From NCBI GenBank assembly GCA_963575745.1, contig CAUYUJ010000038.1, forward strand, positions 62,001 to 119,303: a stretch of DNA of 57,303 nucleotides. Direction: 5' to 3'. A model generated the notes under the pieces. The model made no database searches and was not told the DNA's origin. It worked only from the letters and a program-made list of their open reading frames with translations. Numbering within the stretch: the first letter of the stretch is position 1; the number at the start of each line of letters is the position of its first letter. A program made the translations under genes and the position numbers. Below are positions 38,379 through 47,791 of the stretch, piece after piece. This stretch comes from Prorocentrum cordatum (lineage: Eukaryota).

Positions 38379-41300
38379 CACCTGCTCGGCGCGGTGGCGC
38401 CCGTGGCAGTACCAGTACGAGGAAGTATTCAACAGCCCCTTGAAGGTCATCTCGTGGAACGCGCGTGGTCTGCTTCTACGGGATCCTCTTCGTCGGCGGC
38501 GCAAGCTTGCAATCTTGCGGTCGTATATGGCGAAGAAGTATGTGATCATGGTGCAGGAGACGCATGGTGCGGCGGTCATTTTGGAGTCGTTCGTGCGCTC
38601 GCAGCCCTTCCCCTACAAGGTCCACTTCTCTGCTCTTCGTGATGGGCGTGGCGGCGGTGTGGCGACGCTGATCCCGAACGCCGAGCAGCACGAGTGGGAG
38701 GAGATGCATCCGTCGTGGCACCCAGTCTCGACGACTACGGAGCTGGTTCCTGGGCGGGTGCTGATGGTGAAGATCAGCGTGGTGGCGCGGAGGCCCGACT
38801 CGGCGACGCACCTGCCCGCCGAGGCCGACGAGTGCTGCGTCGGAGTCGCCCTCATCAACGTGCACAACCACGAGCTCAGCGCGGAGGACAAGACGAGGGT
38901 GGCGACAGCCTGGCGTGAGGCAGTGAGGGAGGCGCGCAGGTGCCCGCTGCAGGAGCTCTGCGTTGCTGCCGGCGACTTCAACCTTCCAGTGGGCGATCGG
39001 CGCTACTATCGCATGCCGACGCCGACGGCGATGAGGTCCCCCGTGCGCGACCACCAGGCCAGGTCCATCTGGCGGGACCTCTTCGACGAGTGCGTGGAGA
39101 TCAATGGCAAGGATGCCACGCACTACGACAGGCATTCGGACTCCGCCTCTACGCTGGACCGCTTCTTCATCAGCCTGCCGAGGGACGCGTACCCCTGCCT
39201 CCGTGCCACCCGCACGGTCGACGCGGACCCCGCGACGCTGTCGCTGCGCAGGTTGAGTGATCATGGCGTGGTGGGGCTCGTGCTGGGGCTCCGCAAGGAG
39301 AGGCCGATGACGGAGAGGAAGATCCCTGCCTTCGTCTTCAAGTCGCAACAGTATCCAAAGTACTTCAAGGATCTTCATGCTGCTGAACAGGATCTGCTTC
39401 GTAGTCGTGGAGCTGACGGAGACGCTCAAGAGGAGTGGGTTGCCGCCAAGCGGGCCATGGTCTCGGCGGCGAAGGCCACGAGGAACCACATGATTGCGCT
39501 CGCCGATCTGCAGAACGTGTCGCAGGGCGCGGAGCTCAACGCCTTGGTGATGCGATCGGCGGCCAGGACGGTCTGGACGAACGACGGCACCACGGCGCGC
39601 ATGCTGATCCAGTCCTCCCCCTTGGCTCGGAGGCACATGCGCATCCAAGATGGCAAGGTGCTGGCGAACGACACCCTGGCCTTTGGGGAGGCCATGCGCA
39701 CCACCACGGAGCGCATGCTGGACGAGCGGCGTCAAGACGCTGCGAGACGTGCTCGTCGCGCCTTTGCGACGGCGCAGGCTCAGGAGGGCGAGTACTGGAA
39801 GCGGAAGCAGGGCAGCATAGTGAAGAAGGCCCAGCTGTGGCTCCGCAAGCTGCCCGTTTGGCAGCTGAGCGGCGTCAAGGTGTGTGCGACGGAAGAGCTC
39901 CCTGCCCCGCCGGCGCCGGAGAGCGCACCCGTGCGGCCGTCCGACGTCACGGTGAAGAACGCCGACGCCATGCTGGCCGCGGTGCGCGAGTACTGGGGCC
40001 CCATCTTCAGGGAGAAGGGCATCGACGAGGAGGCGGCGAGGGAGTACATCGAGCGGTGGTTCGCTCCTGCCAGCGCGCGCGAGGACTTCGCCTTCAGCGA
40101 GGAGGATCTACTACGCGCAGCTCGGTGTGGACGCGATGCGGCCCGTGGGCCTGACAGGCTGCCCTACGTCGCCTGGGCGCGGTCTCCTGCAGCGGTTGCC
40201 TGGCTGTACCGGCTCTGCCAGGAGGCGCTCGCTGGGTTGGGCTTCCCTGACGGATTCAACCACGGGCTGCTGGTGCTGATTCCGAAGAGCGGGGAGGCGT
40301 TCAGCGCCTCGGAGGTGGTGCGACGGCCTGGAACGCTAAGGCCGCTCATGCTGCTCAACACGGACAGGAAGCTGATCGCGACCGTGGTCAACCACGAACT
40401 CGCCGTGGTGGCGAGGAAGGAGGCCTCGGCGGTCCAGCATGGGTTCGTACGCGGCAGGACGTTCATCCCGAACATCATCAAGCTGGACCTGACGGCGCGC
40501 ACCTTCAGCGCGCTCAGTGAGACGAAGGGCGGGCATCCCGCGCTGATCACGTTCGACGTGAAGGCGGCGTTCCCCAGCGTCAGCCGCCGCTGGATGACGC
40601 TGGTCCTGGACAAGTGCGGCCTCTGCGAGTCCGTGAGGACCCTGATCGCCGCCATGTACGACAAGCAGGTGGCGTGGCTGAGGGTGGGCGAGGACGCGCT
40701 GGAGGCCTTCACGGTCACGGCGGGAGTGGCGCAAGGATGCCCGATGTCGGGCTCGCTCTGGGCATTGCTCTTCTCGCCCTTCCTGGAGCACATGGCCTAC
40801 GTCCTGGACATGCCGTGGCGGTGGGGGTCCTGGAAGCCCGAGCAGCCCATCGTGCAGCGCAAGGGCGATGTGGAGGGCTGCGCGGACGACGTGGGGATGG
40901 TGCTCCGCGACCTGGCCCTGCTGACGCTGATCGGCCCGATCTTCCTGGCGATGCAGACGCTGGCATGCCTGGAGCTCAACCTGTCCAAGTGCTACCTGGT
41001 ACCGCTCTGGGCGCCGATCACGGAGGCGCTCGTGGTCTTCGTGAAGAGCGTGCTCGAGGCGAGCGCCGCGGGCTGGTCGGGCTTCTCGGTCGCCTCCATG
41101 ACGAAGTACTTGGGCTGCTGGCTGGGGCCAGGTGCCGACCTCGCCAGACAGCGGCACGACCCTGCGGCCAAGTACGCGGCGAGGGCGCGGGCGCTGGGCG
41201 CTAGTGCCCTCTCCAACGACGCGGTGGTCCAGGCGTACAACGGGCTGGCGATCCCGTGCCTGCTCTACGTGGCCATGCTGTTCCCGATCCCCGACACGCT

Positions 41301-42309
41301 CGTGGACAAGGAGCTGGACTTGCTGCACGTGCTGCTGCGCGTGCCGCCGAAGTCGTTCAGGAAGGACTGCCTCTTGTCCCTGGGCACCTCCCTGGGCGTC
41401 ACGGCGCCGCTCTCCCTCTTCGCCTCGGCGACGGCTGCGAGGATGAGGGCGGCGATCAAGCTGCCGAGGGACTGGCTCGACCTCCTCGAGGGCGTCGAGA
41501 GCTTCTTCATGGATGTGCAGGGCGAGGCGCTGATCAGGTTGGCGGACTTGCCGACGGGCCTCTTCGCGCCGGCGCGGTGGCGAGACCGCCGCGGACCCGC
41601 GCGTCACCTCAGGGGCGCCTTGGAGTGCCGGACCCCGACCAGCAGGCCCAGGAACCGTCATCGAGTGGAAGCCTGCCTGCGGTCCGCGAAGAGGCGGGCG
41701 CTGGCAGCGGAGGCGGCCTGGCTGGCTCAGGCCCATCGTGAGCGGAGGAAAAAGCGGTTCTCCCTCCAATCCACCCTCCGCTCCATCCTGTCGTCCCTCC
41801 TCTTCCTAGATTCCTTTCCCGTCACCTTCAGGAAGAGGCTTTGTGCGTGGCAGGTCCGTGCGCCCGCCACCCGAGTGTTGGCGCAGATATGGGAGGCGCT
41901 GAAGAGCGTCCTCCGAAATAAAGGGAGGGGGGTGAGGTGGGCGGCGATTAAAGTCATCTGTGGAGCGTGGCCTACAGTGGCCAGAATGCATGTCACGAGC
42001 ACCCGTGCGGCTCCCTGTAAATTCGGCTGTGAGAATGGAGCTGACACGATGTCCCATTATCTGAGGTGTCGGCACCTGTGGTGGGCTGCCTGTTACCCTC
42101 GGGAATTTTGTTCGAGTTCTGTTTTAATGAAGCTTTGTCTTGGGTCCCCCCGTGACCACGCCTCGACCCCCGATGATTCGCTCGATCGGTCGGTCTTGAG
42201 GCTTAGCCTGTCGCACCAGTTGCACGCAATCATTTCGGCGCATCCTGGTTCTGGGCCACAGCACTTACTTCGTTGCCTGGAAGCCGCACGTGCACGCACG
42301 GGTAGGTAG
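38374..42309 (+). CDS. LINE ORF2: AP endonuclease, reverse transcriptase and C-terminal Cys/His knuckle
   Basis: APE motifs: ISWNARG, VQETH, GGGVATL, AGDFN, TLDRF, SDH. RT motifs: GPD, LIPK, RPLMLLNTDRK, QHGFVRGR, FDVKAAFPSV, GVAQGCPMSG, CADD, LNLSKC, KYLG. Knuckle: CKFGC...HYLRC. No stops. The start is not defined by a nearby ATG. Confidence 0.95.
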   Translation, partial: PNTCSARWRPWQYQYEEVFNSPLKVISWNARGLLLRDPLRRRRKLAILRSYMAKKYVIMVQETHGAAVILESFVRSQPFPYKVHFSALRDGRGGGVATLIPNAEQHEWEEMHPSWHPVSTTTELVPGRVLMVKISVVARRPDSATHLPAEADECCVGVALINVHNHELSAEDKTRVATAWREAVREARRCPLQELCVAAGDFNLPVGDRRYYRMPTPTAMRSPVRDHQARSIWRDLFDECVEINGKDATHYDRHSDSASTLDRFFISLPRDAYPCLRATRTVDADPATLSLRRLSDHGVVGLVLGLRKERPMTERKIPAFVFKSQQYPKYFKDLHAAEQDLLRSRGADGDAQEEWVAAKRAMVSAAKATRNHMIALADLQNVSQGAELNALVMRSAARTVWTNDGTTARMLIQSSPLARRHMRIQDGKVLANDTLAFGEAMRTTTERMLDERRQDAARRARRAFATAQAQEGEYWKRKQGSIVKKAQLWLRKLPVWQLSGVKVCATEELPAPPAPESAPVRPSDVTVKNADAMLAAVREYWGPIFREKGIDEEAAREYIERWFAPASAREDFAFSEEDLLRAARCGRDAARGPDRLPYVAWARSPAAVAWLYRLCQEALAGLGFPDGFNHGLLVLIPKSGEAFSASEVVRRPGTLRPLMLLNTDRKLIATVVNHELAVVARKEASAVQHGFVRGRTFIPNIIKLDLTARTFSALSETKGGHPALITFDVKAAFPSVSRRWMTLVLDKCGLCESVRTLIAAMYDKQVAWLRVGEDALEAFTVTAGVAQGCPMSGSLWALLFSPFLEHMAYVLDMPWRWGSWKPEQPIVQRKGDVEGCADDVGMVLRDLALLTLIGPIFLAMQTLACLELNLSKCYLVPLWAPITEALVVFVKSVLEASAAGWSGFSVASMTKYLGCWLGPGADLARQRHDPAAKYAARARALGASALSNDAVVQAYNGLAIPCLLYVAMLFPIPDTLVDKELDLLHVLLRVPPKSFRKDCLLSLGTSLGVTAPLSLFASATAARMRAAIKLPRDWLDLLEGVESFFMDVQGEALIRLADLPTGLFAPARWRDRRGPARHLRGALECRTPTSRPRNRHRVEACLRSAKRRALAAEAAWLAQAHRERRKKRFSLQSTLRSILSSLLFLDSFPVTFRKRLCAWQVRAPATRVLAQIWEALKSVLRNKGRGVRWAAIKVICGAWPTVARMHVTSTRAAPCKFGCENGADTMSHYLRCRHLWWAACYPREFCSSSVLMKLCLGSPRDHASTPDDSLDRSVLRLSLSHQLHAIISAHPGSGPQHLLRCLEAARARTGR

Positions 42310-42464
42310 GCGACTCTTCCTCTGGAGCGACGTTCGCTCCTCCTCCTCCTCCTCCTCCTCCTCCTGGCCCCGCCTCTGTCCTGCTCCTCGGGGTCCTCTG
42401 ATTGATCTGGAGGTTTTGTCTTTTCCGCGCGACTCCCCTGTCGCTTTGCACTTACCCCACTTGG

Positions 42465-43395
42465 TCCTCCTCCTCCTCCTCCTCCTCCTCCTCCTCCACC
42501 TCCTCCGCCTCCTCCTCCCCCTCCTCCCCCTCCTCCTCTCTCCTCCTCCTCCCTCCTCCTCCTCCTCCTCCTCCTCCTCCTCCTCCTCTCTTCCCCCTCC
42601 TCCCCCTCCTCCCCTCCTCCTCCTCCTCCTCCTCCTCCGCCCCCCCCCCCCTCCCCTCCCCTCCCTCTTCCTCCTCCTCCTCCTCCTCCTCCTCCTCCTC
42701 CTCCTCCTCCTCCTTTCAGTGAACCCTTTCAGTGAGGGCTCTGCGGCGCGCCGCCGCTGGGCCCCCGTAGCCCTCCTCCTGCTCCTGTCTCCTCTCTCTC
42801 TCCTCCTCCTCCTCCTCCTCCTCCTCCTCCTCCTCCTCCTCCTCCTCCTCCTCCTCCTCCTCCTCCTCACCGCCGTCGTGATGGCGTGGGGGCGCGGAGG
42901 CGGCCGCAACGCCCACGACCACGCAGGGCCGCCTGCGATCCGATGCGATGCGACTCGATTCGCGGCCTGGGCCCGCGATTCCGGCTCGACTCGATTCGGC
43001 TCGAGGCGCCCGCGTCGGGCCCTGGGCCAGCCGGAGCCTGGCGCGGCGCTCCGAGCTCGATGCGGCGCGGGGCGGTCCGCCCTCCCCCTCTCCTCCTCCT
43101 CCTCCTCCTCCTCCTCCTCCTCCTCCTCCTCCTCCTCCTCCTCCTCCCCTCCTCCTCCTCCTCCTTCCTCCTCCTCCTCCTCCTCCTCGCCTCCTCCTCC
43201 TCCTCCCTCCTCCCTCCTCCTCCTCCTCTCCTCCTCCTCCTCCTCCTCCTCCTCCTCCTCTCTCCTCCTCCTCCTCCTCCTCCTCCTCCTCCTCCTCCTC
43301 CTCCTCCTCCTCCTCCTCCTCCTCCTCCTCCCCTCTCTCCTCCTTCCTCCTCCTCCTCCTCCTCCTCCTCCTCTCCTCCTCCTCCTCCTCCTCCG
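42465..43395. repeat. (CCT)n microsatellite tracts downstream of the LINE
   Basis: Directly visible, interrupted by short GC-rich segments. Confidence 0.93.
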
Positions 43396-45269
43396 ATCCG
43401 TCTCCGATCCGGACCTGATCTCGCGATGCGAGCTGGCGCGGGCCCGCCACGGCGGCGGGCGGCGGCGGCGTCGGCCCGCCGCCCGCGCGCGAGAAGGCCG
43501 CCGGGGGCGAGGCCGGCGCCGGCGCGCCGCCGCCCGCGGCGAGCGCCGCCGTGGACGTGCGGGACCTTCACGGGCGGCGAACCCAGACCCCCTCGAGTAA
43601 TGAAAAAATCATGACGGGAGGTTTTTCCTAATTTTCGGCCTCCGGGGGCCCTCACCGGGCCTCGGGAGCGTCAAAAAACGATTCAGGATGAAAAACCGGT
43701 CATGGGGAAAGGGTCGGGACCTCTGGGGGTCGACGTAATGAAAGAATCATGACGTCGGGGGGTCTGGGAACGGAACTGACAGCAGGAGGTCTTCTCGGCG
43801 CTGCCACAGCATACCGGTATGGTATGTGAAGCGTTCCGTAAAGGGCCTTGCCTTCGAGGATCGGAGGAGTTGCCATGTCTTCCTCGGCGGAAGGCGGCGG
43901 AAGGTGGCGGAAGTAGAACGAGGCCGCCTCCGCCAGCAGACGCCGGCAGAAGGGCGCGGAAGGTGGCGGAAGTAAAAAAAAGGCGTCCCCAAGAGATGAA
44001 CACATTTTTGGGCTCAGGGTGTCCGAAGTCCGCCATGTGTGTGTCGCCCTCCCAGGGGCGACGCGTGCACCGAGACATCCTGTAGTATGCGCGTCGTGGC
44101 GGGCGCTTCCTGGCCACAGCGCTCGGGAAGTGATATACGACAAGATGTATGTACTGGATGTTCGGGTCGGACGCGCGTCTCCAAACAGGACACATCGTAC
44201 TAGTATGTCTCTGTGCGTCCCATCTGCCGTTGCCGAGCGAACAACACGCACCCATGCCGATAGGCGGGGCGGAGGGGGCCATTGGTGCACGTTGTCGGAG
44301 GGGGGCCCCCGCTCGAAGGGGAGCCTCCCCGAAGGCCCGACAGCCCACACCCATACCCATGGTCAGTCTTCCGCCCTCCGACCCCCCTGTGGGTACAGGT
44401 GTGTGCTGTTCGCTCGTTGTTGAATGCTGCTGGAGGTCCCCCCCCAAAGTTCTTGGCTGCAACACACTCTGTGCGCCCCCTGGTTCGCCGTGTCCGTCGT
44501 AGGACGGCGACGGCGACGGCGGCGACGACGGCGAGGGCGGCGACGGCGGCGGCGGAAACGGCGGAAATGACGGCGGAGCAATCGTTGGCCATTATTATGG
44601 GGTGCCGGCAGCTTTTCATTCGCCCCCGAAAATAGCAAAACAAGACCTGTTGGGGGGAATCAAGACACATCGAGTTTACCCAGACCTCTACCGTATTGTT
44701 GCCACTTGGAGCCGCCTCGCAGCGGAAATGAGGGCTCTTGGAAGCATGCGGGAAAATTCGCAGCAGCAGATATGAGTGAGGAGGCTGCTTCGGGGGGGGG
44801 GGTCCTGGAGGATGGGTTGGCCAAGATGCGGTAATATTCTTCTCCCCCTCCCCCTCGTCCACCTCCTCCTCCTCCTCCTCCTCCTCCTCCCTCTCCTTCT
44901 CCTCCTCATCCTCCCACTCCTTCTCCTCCTCCTCCTCCTCCTCCTCCTCCTCCTTCTCCATCTCCTCCTCCTCCTCCTCCTCCTCCTCCTCCTCCTCCTC
45001 CTTCTCCATCTCCTCCTCCCCCTGCCCCTCCTCCTCTCCCTCCATCTCTTCCTCTCCCCTTCCTCCTCCTCCTCCTCCTCCTCCTCCTCCTCCCTCCTCC
45101 TCCTCCTCCTCCTCCTTCTCCTCATCCTTCCTCGCTCCTCCGCTCTCCGCCTCCTCCTCCTCTCCTCTCCTCCTCTCCCCTGGTCCCCCTTTGTCCTCTG
45201 TCACGGGGGACCGCCCAGGGGGGGGGGGGGGGGGGCGACCCCCCAGGATCCCCCCCCCCCCAGGCCCCC

Positions 45270-45502
45270 CTCACCCAGGGACCCCCTCCCGCGACCCCCC
45301 CCCCGCGACCCTTCACTCCAGCCCTGCCAGGGAGGGGTTCAGAGGAAAAGGAGTTCCATTCGAATCAATCACAGCGTTGTTTGAGTTCTGCTTGGCTGGG
45401 CCGCCTGAGGGCAAGGACCCAGGGACAGGGGGGGAGCGGACGACGGCGACAAAGACGAACCAAACGGAAAAACGTTCCACACACGCCGATAGGGTCGGCG
45501 GA
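45270..45502 (+). repeat. Second copy of the hairpin-terminated repeat seen at 11500-11772
   Basis: TTGGCTGG...GCAAGG(A)CCCAGGGA...AACGGAAAA...CACGCCGA(C/T)AGGGTCGGCGGA. Confidence 0.8.
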
Positions 45503-47369
45503 CTCTCCTGCCGCGAGGACTGGCAGCGAGGCCCTCGGGACGCGGACTGGGCCGCGTACCGCGGGCTCGTGGAGCTGCCGAAGCTCCGAGGGCTGCTGGA
45601 GTGCGGGGGCCCCCTCGTCCCCCCGGCCTCGGGGGCAGTGCCTCGGGGGAAGCGGGCCCGAGGTTCGAGGCTCGAGGTCTTGTGCGCTTCCGAGGCTCGA
45701 GGCTCGAGGGGTTCGGGGACCGAGGCTCGAGGCGATGCCCCGGCTTCGGGATGCTGTCCAGCGGCTGAGCCTCGCCGAGAGCGTCCCCGGGGGGGGGCCC
45801 GTATCGCTCGGGGCGGCCGTCGGAGGCCCGAGCTGTGGCGCGGAGGCAGGACGACGAGGCCCACGGGGGGGATAAGGCTCAGGCGGGGGTGCATGGAGGG
45901 TTTCTCGGGGCCTAGGCGCCCCGTCCTCCTCCTCCTCCATTCTCCCTCCTCCTCCTCCTCCTCCTCCTCCTCCTCCTCCTCCATTCTCCCTCCTCCTCCT
46001 CCTCCTCCTCCTCCTCCTCCTTCTCCCTCTTCCTCCTCTCCTCCCTCCTCCCCCCTCCTTCTCCCTCGTTCTACTCCTCCTCCTTCTCCCTCCTTCTCCT
46101 CCTTCTCCTCCTCCTTCCTCCTCCTCCTCCTCCTCCTCCCTTCTCCTCCCTTCTCCTCCCTCCTTCTCCCTCGTTCTACTCCTCGTTCTACTCCTCCTCC
46201 TCCTCCTCCTCCTCCTCCTTCTCCTCCTCGGGTCGCCTACGGCCCCGGGGGGAACCGTTCAGGGAGGCATCGATCCCCAGTCGCCCATTCATCGGCGACA
46301 GAGGCCTGATTCCCCCGCCCCGCCCAGGAACATGCGGATTCTCTTACCGGGGGCGTGTGTCCGATCTATCGGCGAGTGCTCGCTGATTCCAGGTCAGCGT
46401 GTCCCCCCAGGCCCTGAGCTGGAACCGCCTAGCTCTCCCCCACCCTTCCTCACTGCTTCGCGTCGTGAAAAGACCACGAGGTCCCCAGGCACAGACTTTC
46501 GGAGGTCCGCGCATGTTTCGCTGCCTCTCGGAGGTTGTCTCGCCCTGAGATGCTCTCAGCAGCTGCGCCTCGCCGACGGCCGCCTGATGCCGGAGTGCCC
46601 GAGCCGACACCCTCGCGTGACAAAACAGAATCACGACGGACGACGGACGGTTGTTGATGCTTTTCGGCCTCTGGGGGTCCTTGCCAGGCCCCGCGGCCGT
46701 CAAGCATCGACTCGAGAAGTAAAGCCGGTTCCTGTGTGATTAAAAGTTCTAGACCTCGAGGAATCCACGTTGTGAAGCATCACGACATTAGAGGTCTGGG
46801 TCCTCACAGCCACCCCTCCCCCGTGCTCCTCCTTTCTTCTGTCCGAACTCCTTCGCATTCTCCTCTCGTCGCTGTCCTCATCTTCCCCTTCTATCCTTGT
46901 CTCCTTCGTCTCCTCCCTCCCTTTTCTCCTCCATCCTCCATGTCCTCCCTCTATTGCTCTCCCCTCACCACTTCACTCACCTGATCATCCCACTGCTCAC
47001 CCTCATTCTACTCCGCTCCCTTTCCTCTTCCTCCTCCTTCTCGTCCTACTATGTCTCAGTATGTTCCTTCCCATCCTGCTCTCCTTTTCTGGTGCTCATG
47101 TATCCCCCCCTTCATCTTCCTCACTATCCTCTTTCTCATTCTAGCGCTTCTATTCCTTCCTCCAGCCCGCCCTCCTCCCTCTCCTCTCCCTCTCATCTCC
47201 CTCTCCTCTCACTCTCTCTATTCATCCTTCCCCTTATCCTCATCCTCTTCTCCCATCCTCCTCTCCTCATCCTTCTCCTCCTCGTCCTTGTATTCCTTGT
47301 TCCTCCTTATCCTTCCTCCTCTCCCTTCCTCTTCCTTTGCCTTCATCCTGGTCCTCCTCCTCCTCCTCC

Positions 47370-47386
47370 TCATCATCATCATTATT

Positions 47387-47474
<88 letters not shown>

Positions 47475-47475
47475 C

Positions 47476-47506
<31 letters not shown>

Positions 47507-47599
47507 ATCATCAGCAGCATCATCATCATCACCATCATCATCACCATCATCACTATCATCATCATAATCATCATCAGCAGCAGCAGCATAATCATCAGT

Positions 47600-47636
<37 letters not shown>

Positions 47637-47715
47637 ACATCATCATCATCAGCATCAGCATCAGCATCAGCATCAGCATCATCAGCATCAGCATCAGCAT
47701 CAGCATCAGCATCAG

Positions 47716-47790
<75 letters not shown>
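47370..47790. repeat. (ATC)n microsatellite with CAG/CGT variants
   Basis: Directly visible. Confidence 0.97.

Positions 47791-47791
<1 letters not shown>

Larger units (their letters stand above)
37955..42336 (+). mobile_element. 5'-truncated LINE (APE-type non-LTR retrotransposon, L1/Tx1-like architecture) embedded in (CTC)n
   Basis: Truncated ORF1 plus intact ORF2. (CTC)n-CTGG lies on both sides. The 3' end may extend to ~42465. Confidence 0.93.
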
